A stretch of DNA of 64,000 nt from assembly GCA_964649165.1 (NCBI GenBank), contig CAZYPC010000008.1:9788-73787 (forward strand), written 5' to 3'. A program made the position numbers and the translations under genes. Source of the stretch: an uncultured Chryseobacterium sp. (lineage in GTDB: Bacteria > Bacteroidota > Bacteroidia > Flavobacteriales_F > PHOS-HE28). Under the pieces are notes generated by a model that ran no database searches, was not told the origin of the DNA, and saw only the letters and a list, made by a program, of their open reading frames with translations. Shown piece after piece: positions 14,923 to 23,455 of this stretch (position 1 is the first letter of the stretch; each line of letters starts with the position of its first letter).

Positions 14923-15030
14923 CCTGTCGCACCTACGGCTGGTGTATTCTGGCATGGACGCTTGCCGGAAAGCAGGGCGAGGGGGGTACTTTCGCAGCGG
15001 ACTTCGCGCAGAACGATCGCCGCCCGTACC

Positions 15031-16485
15031 ATGCTCAAACAGAACCTGTCCTTCAAGCTTCAGCAGAAGCTCAGCCCCCAGCAGATCCAGCTGATGAAGA
15101 TGCTGCAACTGCCCACCATGGAAATGGAGCAGCGCATCAAGGACGAAATGGCCGAGAACCCCGCGCTGGAAGAAGGAGAAGAAGGCGACCAGGACGAGCA
15201 GGATGAGGAAGCGGTGGAGCAGATGGATTCCGAGGAGAGCGAGAAGGATGACGATCGCGACGACATCGACCTGAGCGACTACTACGATGACGACACGCCG
15301 GACTACAAGCTGCAGGTGAACAACAAGGGGCGCGACGAGGAGGAGCGCGAGACGCCCCTGGCCGGCGGCAACACCTTCCAGGACAACCTGCGTTCGCAAC
15401 TCGCGCTGCGCGACATCGATGAGCGCACCGAGCTGCTGGGCGAACACCTGATCGGCAACCTGGACGAGGACGGATACCTGCGCCGGGAGCTCGACGCCAT
15501 CGTGAACGACCTCGCCTTCACGGCGAACATCATGACCACGAAGGAGGAGCTGGAGAAGGCGCTGAAGGAGGTGCAGGCCCTGGACCCGGTCGGCACGGGC
15601 GCCCGCGACCTGCGCGAATGCCTGCTGCTCCAACTGGAGCGCATGCCGCACGCCGTGGACACGCTCACCGCCAAGGCCATCGTGGACAAGCATTTCGACG
15701 CGTTCACCAAGAAGCACTATGACAAGATCATGGAGCGGCTGGAGATCGATGAAGAGGCGCTGCGCGCGGCTGTGGAGGAGATCATGCGCTTGAACCCGAA
15801 GCCCGGCAACACCGACCGCGCTACGGACAAACCGATCCAGGAGATCGTTCCCGACTTCATCATCAATACCATCGACGGGCAGCTGGAGCTGCAACTGAAC
15901 AGCCGCAACGCTCCCGAATTGCGCGTGAGCAGGCAGTACCGCGACATGATCGCCGAGTACCAGCGCAACAAGAAAGACCCAGCCGCCAAAGATGCGCTCG
16001 TCTTCATCAAGCAGAAACTCGACAGCGCCAAGTGGTTCATCGATGCCATCAAGCAGCGTCAGCATACCCTGCTCGTAACGATGGAGGCCATCATGGAGCA
16101 TCAGCGTGATTTCTTCCTCACCGGTGACGAGACGAAGCTGAAGCCGATGATCCTGAAGGACATCGCCGAGAAAGTGGGCATGGACATCAGCACGATCAGC
16201 CGCGTGGCGAACAGCAAGTACGTGCAGACCAACTACGGCACCATCCTGTTGAAGTTCTTCTTCAGTGAGAGCCTGACGAACCAGGAAGGCGAAGAAGTGA
16301 GCACGCGCGAGGTGAAGAAGATCCTGAAGGATGCCATCGAAGCGGAGGCGAAGAAGAACCCGCTCACCGATGAGGAGCTAACCGACCTGCTGAAGAGCAA
16401 AGGCTACAACATCGCCCGGCGCACCGTGGCGAAGTACCGGGAGCAGCTGAACATCCCGGTGGCCCGTCTGCGGAAGGAACTTTGA
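15031..16485 (+). CDS. rpoN: RNA polymerase sigma-54 factor
   Basis: The start MLKQNLSFKLQQKLSPQQIQLMKMLQLP is the conserved region I. An acidic linker follows, and the C-terminal RpoN box is ARRTVAKYREQLNIP. I trimmed the ORF-track start from 14962 to the ATG at 15031. Confidence 0.95.
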   Translation: MLKQNLSFKLQQKLSPQQIQLMKMLQLPTMEMEQRIKDEMAENPALEEGEEGDQDEQDEEAVEQMDSEESEKDDDRDDIDLSDYYDDDTPDYKLQVNNKGRDEEERETPLAGGNTFQDNLRSQLALRDIDERTELLGEHLIGNLDEDGYLRRELDAIVNDLAFTANIMTTKEELEKALKEVQALDPVGTGARDLRECLLLQLERMPHAVDTLTAKAIVDKHFDAFTKKHYDKIMERLEIDEEALRAAVEEIMRLNPKPGNTDRATDKPIQEIVPDFIINTIDGQLELQLNSRNAPELRVSRQYRDMIAEYQRNKKDPAAKDALVFIKQKLDSAKWFIDAIKQRQHTLLVTMEAIMEHQRDFFLTGDETKLKPMILKDIAEKVGMDISTISRVANSKYVQTNYGTILLKFFFSESLTNQEGEEVSTREVKKILKDAIEAEAKKNPLTDEELTDLLKSKGYNIARRTVAKYREQLNIPVARLRKEL

Positions 16486-16581
16486 ACAAGCTTCAAGTCC
16501 CTGGATCCAAGGCTCAAGCCTCAAGAGTGCCTGAAGTCGAGTTCGTGTCTTGTAGCTTGAGCCTTGGGACTTGAAGCTTGT
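16486..16581 (+). repeat. intergenic word-doubled hairpin (16+11 bp stem, 7-nt bulge, 35-nt loop)
   Basis: acaagcttcaagtccc (16486..16501) pairs with 16566..16581. aaggctcaagc (16509..16519) pairs with 16555..16565. The bulge tggatcc lies at 16502..16508. The element starts 1 nt after the rpoN stop and ends 2 nt before the ATG at 16583. Confidence 0.85.
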
Positions 16582-16582
16582 C

Positions 16583-17200
16583 ATGCGCCCCCTCGCCAAC
16601 CTCCTCTCCGTCCTGCTCCATCCGCTATGGATGCCGACGATCACCATCTGGTGGTGCTTCCGCCTGGACCCCTACATGAGCTACGGGTATTCAAAGGATC
16701 TGCTCCTCCTCCTCTTCGGGATGGTCTTCGCGATGACCGCCGTGTTCCCCTTGGTAAGCGCCCTCCTCATGCGCCGCAGCGGGTTGGTAAGCGATCTGAC
16801 GATGCCACACCGTCAGGAGCGCATCCCGACGTTCATCATCGCGTTGATGTACTATGGCATGTGCTGGTTCCTCATCCGCCGTACCACGGAAAACCCCATC
16901 ACCACGGGCATTTTCATGGGCGCGTTCATCAGTCTGCTCCTTGTGTTGCTCATCACGTTGCGCTGGAAGATCAGCGCGCACATGGCCGGCATCGGCGGGC
17001 TCATAGGTGCCGTCCTGGCAGTGATCATCATCGACGAGCGTGAAGCCCCGCTCACGCTCTGTCTGCTCTTCGTGCTGGCCGGGGCGCTCGGAACGGCCCG
17101 GCTGGTCGCGAGCGATCACACCCCTGCCCAGGTGTATGCCGGAGCGTTGCTGGGTTGCGCCTGCGTGTATGGTTGCTCGGCCTTCGGCTTCGCCATCTAG
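16583..17200 (+). CDS. PAP2-like integral membrane protein
   Basis: Multi-TM protein with ISAHMAG and ARLVASDHTPAQVYAG, which resemble PAP2 motifs C2 and C3. I chose the ATG at 16583 over the TTG at 16571, which lies inside the hairpin. Confidence 0.6.
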   Translation: MRPLANLLSVLLHPLWMPTITIWWCFRLDPYMSYGYSKDLLLLLFGMVFAMTAVFPLVSALLMRRSGLVSDLTMPHRQERIPTFIIALMYYGMCWFLIRRTTENPITTGIFMGAFISLLLVLLITLRWKISAHMAGIGGLIGAVLAVIIIDEREAPLTLCLLFVLAGALGTARLVASDHTPAQVYAGALLGCACVYGCSAFGFAI

Positions 17201-17238
17201 CCTGCCGACCATAAAGGCCGATCCGCCATCTTCGGTCC

Positions 17239-18789
17239 GTGCTACGCGCAGCGCTGATCACCACGATGCTTCTGAGCTGGGAGGCCCGTGCCCAGGGCCC
17301 GGTCGTGCTGCATCATTGGAGCGGAGCGCTCGAGGCGACCAGCATACGCGTGCACGCCCTGCTCTCGGCGCCTTGCGACAGTGTGCGGCTGTTGGTGGAT
17401 GATGACCCGGCCTTCAATTCGCCCACCTGCTCCATCTTCATGTCGGCTGATAGCGCGCACGGGCTCGTGGCCCGGTTGCGCCGCGGTGGGTTGCTTCCTT
17501 CCACTTCATACGGCTATCGCTTCGAGGTGGCAGGGATCATCGACACCAGCTCAGCCCACATCGGGCACTTCCGTACACCTGGCCTGGGGGCTTCATCCTT
17601 CTCGGTCATCGCTGGTTCCTGCAATTCCAACAGCGACCATCCCGTGTGGCAGAGCATGGCCTGGCTCCAACCCCACCTGTTCATCGCCATGGGTGACCTG
17701 CACTACGCCGACCCCACGAGCATCGATGTCCAGGCCCACCGCGATGCTTACGTGCAGAGCGTCTACCAGCATGCCCCGGCCATGGACTTCCTGCACCGGG
17801 TGCCCATCGCGTATATCTGGGACGATCACGACTTCTGCGGCGACGGTTCGAACGGCAACGCACCAGGAAAGGCCGCAGCGGCCCAGGCGTACCGCGAGCA
17901 TGTCCCGCACTACTACCTGCCCCACGACACCTCCGTCTTCCAATCCTTCACGATCGGACGTGTGCATTTCATACTGAGCGATCTCCGCTCTGCGAAAACG
18001 GCGGAGCGCATGATGGACGAACACCAGCGTGCCTGGCTCCGGGAACAACTGTTGTTCGCACGGGACAGTGGACTGGTCGCCTGCTGGGTAAGTCCGATGA
18101 CGTGGAACGCGGAGGCCTATCCCGAGAACTGGGGTTGTCAGCCGCAGGAGCGCGCCGCGATGGGCGATTGGCTGCTGGAGAACCACATCGAGAACCTCTT
18201 CATCCTGAGCGGCGACGCGCACATGCTGGCCATCGACGACGGGGTGAACGCCGACTTCAGCACGGGACATCAGAGCCCGTACCGGTATCCGATCTTCCAG
18301 GCGGCCGCGATCAACCGCAGCGGGTCCTACAAGGGAGGCACGTTCAACCAAGGCGGCTACTTCCCCAACCCCGAAGCATGGATCGGGCAATTCGGACAGG
18401 TGCTCGTGCAGGATGACGGCGAAGAGGTGTGCATCACCTTCAATGGCTGGCGTACCGATAGCATGAGCGCCGCCATCAGCCTTCTGAACACCTATACATT
18501 CTGCCGTCAACCGCAACCTTATCACACCGTTGATGAACCGCCGCGACCGGAAGAACTACGGCTCTGGTACGATGGATCACAGGACCTCGTGATCGAGGGA
18601 CTGGACCCGGCCGAGCCCTTGGACCTGCGCGTGATCGATGTGGCGGGCCGGGTGCTCATACAACGTGGTGACACGCCGGGTGACGATCAGGAGCATGTGC
18701 TCCTGGGCCATCTCTCTTCGGGCAGCTATCTGGCCATCGCCCGCAATGGGGACAACGAGGTCAGCACACGATTCTTCGTTCAGCAATGA
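17239..18789 (+). CDS. PhoD-like alkaline phosphatase/metallophosphoesterase with a T9SS C-terminal sorting domain
   Basis: Motifs MGDLHYADP, IWDDHDFCGDGSNG and ILSGDAHMLAIDDG. The C-terminal ~80 aa (LRVIDVAGRVLIQRG...GSYLAIARNGDNEVSTRFFVQQ) resemble a Por/T9SS sorting tail. Confidence 0.85.
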   Translation: MLRAALITTMLLSWEARAQGPVVLHHWSGALEATSIRVHALLSAPCDSVRLLVDDDPAFNSPTCSIFMSADSAHGLVARLRRGGLLPSTSYGYRFEVAGIIDTSSAHIGHFRTPGLGASSFSVIAGSCNSNSDHPVWQSMAWLQPHLFIAMGDLHYADPTSIDVQAHRDAYVQSVYQHAPAMDFLHRVPIAYIWDDHDFCGDGSNGNAPGKAAAAQAYREHVPHYYLPHDTSVFQSFTIGRVHFILSDLRSAKTAERMMDEHQRAWLREQLLFARDSGLVACWVSPMTWNAEAYPENWGCQPQERAAMGDWLLENHIENLFILSGDAHMLAIDDGVNADFSTGHQSPYRYPIFQAAAINRSGSYKGGTFNQGGYFPNPEAWIGQFGQVLVQDDGEEVCITFNGWRTDSMSAAISLLNTYTFCRQPQPYHTVDEPPRPEELRLWYDGSQDLVIEGLDPAEPLDLRVIDVAGRVLIQRGDTPGDDQEHVLLGHLSSGSYLAIARNGDNEVSTRFFVQQ

Positions 18790-20333
18790 TGAAAGGTCCC
18801 ACCACATTCCATCGGAAAGCCCAACGATCCGATGGGGCCGCCTCGACGTACCCCCGCGTGATCGATCGCCTGGCGGCCCACGTACTGACCATCTCCTTTC
18901 CGCTTCAGCTGATCGCCCAGGCCCCGTACGTGCCGCCGTCCGACCCGCTTGTTGAACAGAAGCTGGAACACTGGAAGGACCTGAAGTTCGGATTGCTCAT
19001 GCATTGGGGGCCATACAGCCAATGGGGCGTGGTGGAGAGCTGGAGCATCTGTCCGGAGGATGAGGACTGGTGCAGGCGCAAGCCCGTGCACGGTGCCACC
19101 TATGCCGAGTACGTGAAGAACTATGAAGCGCTGCAGACCACCTTCGATCCGGTGAAGTTCGATCCCGCCAAGTGGGCGCGTGCAGCGAAGGACGCTGGTA
19201 TGAAATACGTGGTCTTCACCACCAAGCACCACGACGGCTTCTGCATGTTCGACACCAAGCTCACGGACTACCGCGTCACCGACCCGAAGTGCCCCTTCCA
19301 CGACGATCCGCGCGCCAACATCGCGAAGGAGGTGTTCGGTGCGTTCCGCAAAGAGGGCCTGTGGACCGGCGCCTACTTCAGCAAGCCCGACTGGCACAGC
19401 CCTTATTACTGGTGGCCCTACTTCCCGCCGAAGGACCGCAACGTGAACTACCTGCCCACGCGCTACCCCGAGCGCTGGCAGCAGTTCAAGGACTTCACCA
19501 GCGGCCAGATCGAAGAGCTGATGACCGGCTATGGGCCCATGGACATCCTCTGGCTCGATGGCGGACAGGTGCGACCGCTCGGCACGATCGACACGAGCGT
19601 GAGATGGCAGAAAGCGATCCTCATCGACCAGGACATCGACATGGCGCGCATCGCCGCGATGGCGCGGAAGCACCAGCCCGGCCTGCTCGTGGTGGACCGC
19701 ACCGTGGGCGGCGAGTACGAGAACTACGTGACGCCCGAAGGCCACGTGCCCGATGCGGACCTCGGTGTGCCGTGGGAGACCTGCATGCCCATGGGCACGA
19801 GCTGGAGCTGGGTGCCGAACGAGAAGTACAAGAGCACCGACGAGATCATCCGGACTTTGGTGAGTGTGGTATCGCGCGGGGGATCCCTGCTGCTGAACGT
19901 GGCGCCAGGGCCCGATGGGCAGCTCGATTCAACGGCCTATGTGCGCTTGAAGGAGGTGGGCGAATGGCTGAAGGTGAACGGGGAAGCAGTATATATCAAG
20001 GATGCCGACACCTGGTCAGTATCAAATGGTGCGCTTAATTTCCCTGAAGGTGGGAGCTTCATTGCTGACACAGAAGTAGAGGCTATTGATACGCGCCGAC
20101 GAGACGATCAGTACAACTACATCTTCATTGACAGCGCGAGTTTGGGCGAACTCGATCTTGGTTGCCGGTCGGACAAGCTGATTGGTCGACCGACCATCTT
20201 GGGCAACTCCAAAAGACCACGTACTACCATCAAGGATTGCCGTGTCGTGATTCACTTGACCAAGGAAGACCTCTCTGGTCCAGGAGGCATCAAGGTTATC
20301 CGGGTTCACCGCAAGAAGGATAGGATCGTTTAG
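18786..20333 (+). CDS. alpha-L-fucosidase (GH29)
   Basis: Motifs KFGLLMHWGPYSQWG, YVVFTTKHHDGFCMFDT and ILWLDGG. There is a 4-nt overlap with the phoD-like stop. The last ~115 codons are encoded by DNA of roughly 50% GC. Confidence 0.9.
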   Translation: MMKGPTTFHRKAQRSDGAASTYPRVIDRLAAHVLTISFPLQLIAQAPYVPPSDPLVEQKLEHWKDLKFGLLMHWGPYSQWGVVESWSICPEDEDWCRRKPVHGATYAEYVKNYEALQTTFDPVKFDPAKWARAAKDAGMKYVVFTTKHHDGFCMFDTKLTDYRVTDPKCPFHDDPRANIAKEVFGAFRKEGLWTGAYFSKPDWHSPYYWWPYFPPKDRNVNYLPTRYPERWQQFKDFTSGQIEELMTGYGPMDILWLDGGQVRPLGTIDTSVRWQKAILIDQDIDMARIAAMARKHQPGLLVVDRTVGGEYENYVTPEGHVPDADLGVPWETCMPMGTSWSWVPNEKYKSTDEIIRTLVSVVSRGGSLLLNVAPGPDGQLDSTAYVRLKEVGEWLKVNGEAVYIKDADTWSVSNGALNFPEGGSFIADTEVEAIDTRRRDDQYNYIFIDSASLGELDLGCRSDKLIGRPTILGNSKRPRTTIKDCRVVIHLTKEDLSGPGGIKVIRVHRKKDRIV

Positions 20334-20343
20334 CTTTCTTATC

Positions 20344-20553
20344 ATGATTCGCTCGCGGCTGTATCGCGTTCCTGTACGTTCTCTGCACCTCCTCGGGAGC
20401 CTTGCATTCGCCCTCCTGCCCCTCCTCCATTCCGCCCAGGAATCCTCCCCCTTTTCCTTCCGCATGGTCTTCACCCACCAGGCCACCGACAGTGCATACG
20501 CGGCTGAGCATCTTCCACACCTTACATTTGAAGAACGAGCGGCAAAGCCATGA
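20344..20553 (+). CDS. small hypothetical ORF translationally coupled (ATGA) to the DUF433 gene
   Basis: 69 aa with the hydrophobic stretch LLGSLAFALLPLL. Its stop overlaps the ATG at 20550. I recognise no family, so this may be a gene remnant rather than a real gene. Confidence 0.3.
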   Translation: MIRSRLYRVPVRSLHLLGSLAFALLPLLHSAQESSPFSFRMVFTHQATDSAYAAEHLPHLTFEERAAKP

Positions 20554-20774
20554 CCTACCTGATGGACCGTATCACCGTTGATCCCGCTGTGTGCGGCGGT
20601 CGTCCGTGCATCCGGGGCATGCGCATCCGGGTCACGGACATTCTGGACCTCCTGGCTTCCGGACTTTCCGCGCAACAGGTCGTTGAAGAGCTTCCCGATC
20701 TCGAATTGGCGGATGTGGAGGCTGCCTTGAAGTTCGCCAGTGGCCGTATTGACCACCCCATTCTGGCCGCGTGA
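20550..20774 (+). CDS. DUF433 domain protein (putative antitoxin)
   Basis: 74 aa. ITVDPAVCGGRPCIRGMRIRVTDILDLLASG is the DUF433 signature. Confidence 0.8.
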   Translation: MTYLMDRITVDPAVCGGRPCIRGMRIRVTDILDLLASGLSAQQVVEELPDLELADVEAALKFASGRIDHPILAA

Positions 20775-21106
20775 CCATCTGGCTTGATGCACAGCTCTCC
20801 CCGGTGCTGGCCAATTGGATCCGGGCAACGTTCCAAGTGCAGTGCTTCCCGATCAGGGACCTTTGTCCGCTCACCATGCCGGATGAAGCGCTCTTCCTGA
20901 AGGCCAGGGGCATGGCCGATGTGGTCATCACCAAGGATCTGGACCTGGTGAACATCCTGCAGCGCCTTGGCCCTCCACCGCGCATCCTCTGGCTGCGCAT
21001 GGGCAACGCCACCAATGCCCGGTTGAAGGAGGTGTTCGGCAAGCGGTTGGCCTCGGCTCTGCGAATGATCGAAGAAGGTGAACCCTTGGTGGAGCTGACG
21101 GATTAG
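20771..21106 (+). CDS. DUF5615/Mut7-C PIN-like protein (putative toxin partner of DUF433)
   Basis: 111 aa. The sequence MTIWLDAQLSP...VVITKDLDL... is typical of the PIN-like partner encoded downstream of DUF433 genes. It overlaps the DUF433 gene by 4 nt. Confidence 0.7.
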   Translation: MTIWLDAQLSPVLANWIRATFQVQCFPIRDLCPLTMPDEALFLKARGMADVVITKDLDLVNILQRLGPPPRILWLRMGNATNARLKEVFGKRLASALRMIEEGEPLVELTD

Positions 21107-21109
21107 CCG

Positions 21110-23365
21110 ATGAGAGCGGTATTGGTCGGTGCCTTTCTGATCTGGGCGTTGGATATCACCGCCCAAGAAGAGCCCATCATCCTCGTCGAGAATGGGAGGA
21201 GCCAATGGCACATCGTACCGTTGGACGGCGACAGTGCAATGTCCACGGGTTTGTTTGTCCAGGCCGCGATCTCCAAGCTCTCAGGCGTATCGTTGCCCAT
21301 CAGTGATTCAAAGCGAGGCTGCAGCATCGTCATCGGAACTCGGGCTCGCATCAAAGAAGCTTACAAACGCGAGGAGCGGATGTTCACCTACGAAGTGGAC
21401 CAGCTCGTGGCGCCATTCGGTGATCACATCTGCATTGCTGGAGATGATTGGGAGAGCCTGATGTGGCCTGCTCGAGAGTTCCTGATGTACCTCAACGGTA
21501 CTGAGATGTTGGCCCCAGGCGTGATCTCCTTCAGGCACGTCGACACACTGCGTTTCGGCGATCCAGAGCTCAAGGGCAAACCTGCATTCAGCTTCCGAAT
21601 GCCCTATTACTCTCCGGCCCGCGATCATGAATATTCCCTCTGGAACGGGATCGATCAGATCGGATTCGGTGCTCCTCGTGAGCTTCATTATTCATGGGGC
21701 CTCTGGGTACACACCATGCACCGCTTCGTCCCGCCCGCGCAGTTCGATGCACACCCGGAGTACTTCGCGGAACGCAACGGCACCCGCGTTCCCGACCAGC
21801 TGTGCCTGAGCAACCCCGAGGTACTGCGCATCACCGTGGACAGCCTGCGTGCGATGATGGCCGGCAAGCCCGCTGCGCGATACTGGAGCGTGAGCCAGAT
21901 GGACAACTTCAACCACTGCCAGTGCGCGCAATGCCACCGCACCGACAGCATCGAGGGCGCACCCAGCGGCACCATCCTCCGATTCGCGAACGCTGTCGCC
22001 GACAGCTTTCCCGACATGGTGATCAGCACACTGGCCTACCAGTACAGCCGCACCGCCCCGAAGGTGACGAAGCCGCGGCCCAACGTGAACATCATGCTCT
22101 GCAGCATCGAGGAGGACCGCAGCCGGCCGATCGCATCGCGGGATCAGCCCGGTTCCTTCACGTCGGACCTACGCGCGTGGTCTTCCCTTACCCACAACAT
22201 CATCGTGTGGGACTATGTGATCAACTTCTCGCACCTGGTGATGCCCTTCCCAAACTGGAAGGTGCTCGCGCCCAACCTGCAGCTCTTCCGCGACAACGGG
22301 GTACCGATGATGTTCGAGCAGGGGCTCTCTTCTCCGGGCGGAGAGATGCCCGAGTTCCGCACCTACCTGCTCGCCAAGCTGCTCTGGAACCCCGACCTCA
22401 ACGTGGACTCGCTGCGCACGCACTTCATGGACGGGTTCTATGGCGAGGCAGGCACCTACCTCGACAAGTACACGCACCTGCTTGAAGAGGAGCTGGACAG
22501 GAGCGGCAAGGCGCTCACGCTTTACGAACACCCGCAATCACACAAGAACGGCTACCTCAGTCCGGCGAACCTCGCGAAGTACAAGATGCTCTTCAACAGT
22601 GCCGAGGCCGCAGTGATGGACGAGGACACCATCTACCAGTGGCGCGTGGAGGATGCGCGATTGGGGATCATGTACGCCGAGCTGGAGATCGCGCGCGCCA
22701 TGCCACATGCACCGAACGGGCTCTTCGAAAAGGATAGCACGGGGAGCTGGCGCGCGAAGCCCTACTACACGGAGCTGCTGGAGACCTTCGTCTCACGGGC
22801 GAAGAAGCACGGGCACCGGCTGTTGCACGAGACGCGGCTGACACCGGATGAATACCTCGCCGAATTCAGTGCGCACCTGAAGCACGGCGCGCGATCACAT
22901 CTGGCCGTCGGCAAGACCATCACCTTCGCCACACCGCCGGATGAACGCTATCCAGGAGGTGGGCCTGATGCGCTGATCGACGGCTTCACGGCCAGCACCA
23001 ATTACCAGTTCGGTTGGCAGGGGTGGTATGGCAAGGACATGGTGGTGACGATCGATCTGGGCGCATCCCATCGCATCGATTCAGTGAGCATCGCCTTTCT
23101 GCAAGACCAACAGAGCTGGATATTCCTGCCGGGTGAAGTCCGATGGCAGGCCTCCATGGATGGGAGCGCCTGGCATGAATTCGCAGCTGACCGCAAGTCA
23201 TCAGCTTCGATCAAGGGCGATCTGAGCGTACACATCACCGATCACCTTCGAGGAACCCAGGCCCGTTACATCCGCATCATGGCCAAGAACCTGGGCGACC
23301 TGCCCGCCTGGCACGGCAGCAAGGGCAAGTGCTGGTTGTTCTGTGATGAGATCGTAGTGCGATAG
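21110..23365 (+). CDS. DUF4838-type glycoside-hydrolase-like protein with a C-terminal F5/8 type C (discoidin) domain
   Basis: 751 aa with a signal peptide and the Cys cluster NHCQCAQCHRTDSIEG...LRFANAVADSFPD. The C-terminus (ALIDGFTASTNYQFGWQGWYGKDMVVTIDLG...) is discoidin-like. Confidence 0.65.
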   Translation: MRAVLVGAFLIWALDITAQEEPIILVENGRSQWHIVPLDGDSAMSTGLFVQAAISKLSGVSLPISDSKRGCSIVIGTRARIKEAYKREERMFTYEVDQLVAPFGDHICIAGDDWESLMWPAREFLMYLNGTEMLAPGVISFRHVDTLRFGDPELKGKPAFSFRMPYYSPARDHEYSLWNGIDQIGFGAPRELHYSWGLWVHTMHRFVPPAQFDAHPEYFAERNGTRVPDQLCLSNPEVLRITVDSLRAMMAGKPAARYWSVSQMDNFNHCQCAQCHRTDSIEGAPSGTILRFANAVADSFPDMVISTLAYQYSRTAPKVTKPRPNVNIMLCSIEEDRSRPIASRDQPGSFTSDLRAWSSLTHNIIVWDYVINFSHLVMPFPNWKVLAPNLQLFRDNGVPMMFEQGLSSPGGEMPEFRTYLLAKLLWNPDLNVDSLRTHFMDGFYGEAGTYLDKYTHLLEEELDRSGKALTLYEHPQSHKNGYLSPANLAKYKMLFNSAEAAVMDEDTIYQWRVEDARLGIMYAELEIARAMPHAPNGLFEKDSTGSWRAKPYYTELLETFVSRAKKHGHRLLHETRLTPDEYLAEFSAHLKHGARSHLAVGKTITFATPPDERYPGGGPDALIDGFTASTNYQFGWQGWYGKDMVVTIDLGASHRIDSVSIAFLQDQQSWIFLPGEVRWQASMDGSAWHEFAADRKSSASIKGDLSVHITDHLRGTQARYIRIMAKNLGDLPAWHGSKGKCWLFCDEIVVR

Positions 23366-23370
23366 AAGGA

Positions 23371-23450
23371 TACCGCAAAGGACACGAAAGACGCAAAGGA
23401 GCGCGGGCTATCGGAGTTCCCTCTTTGCGCTCCTAGCGCCCTTGGCGGTA
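23371..23450 (+). repeat. imperfect word-doubled hairpin after the DUF4838 gene stop
   Basis: The left arm is built from doubled words (taccgcaaaggacacgaaagacgcaaaggagcgc). aggagcgc (23397..23404) pairs with gcgctcct (23427..23434). taccgc (23371..23376) pairs with gcggta (23445..23450). This is a weaker instance than the others. Confidence 0.45.
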
Positions 23451-23455
23451 CCAAC

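Noticed and set aside
14950-14965. TGGCAT-ggacgc-TTGC just upstream of rpoN, which resembles a -24/-12 promoter.
   Set aside because: The GG to GC spacing is one nt too long and the -24 box is imperfect. A sigma-54-dependent rpoN promoter would also be unusual, so I treat this as a chance match.
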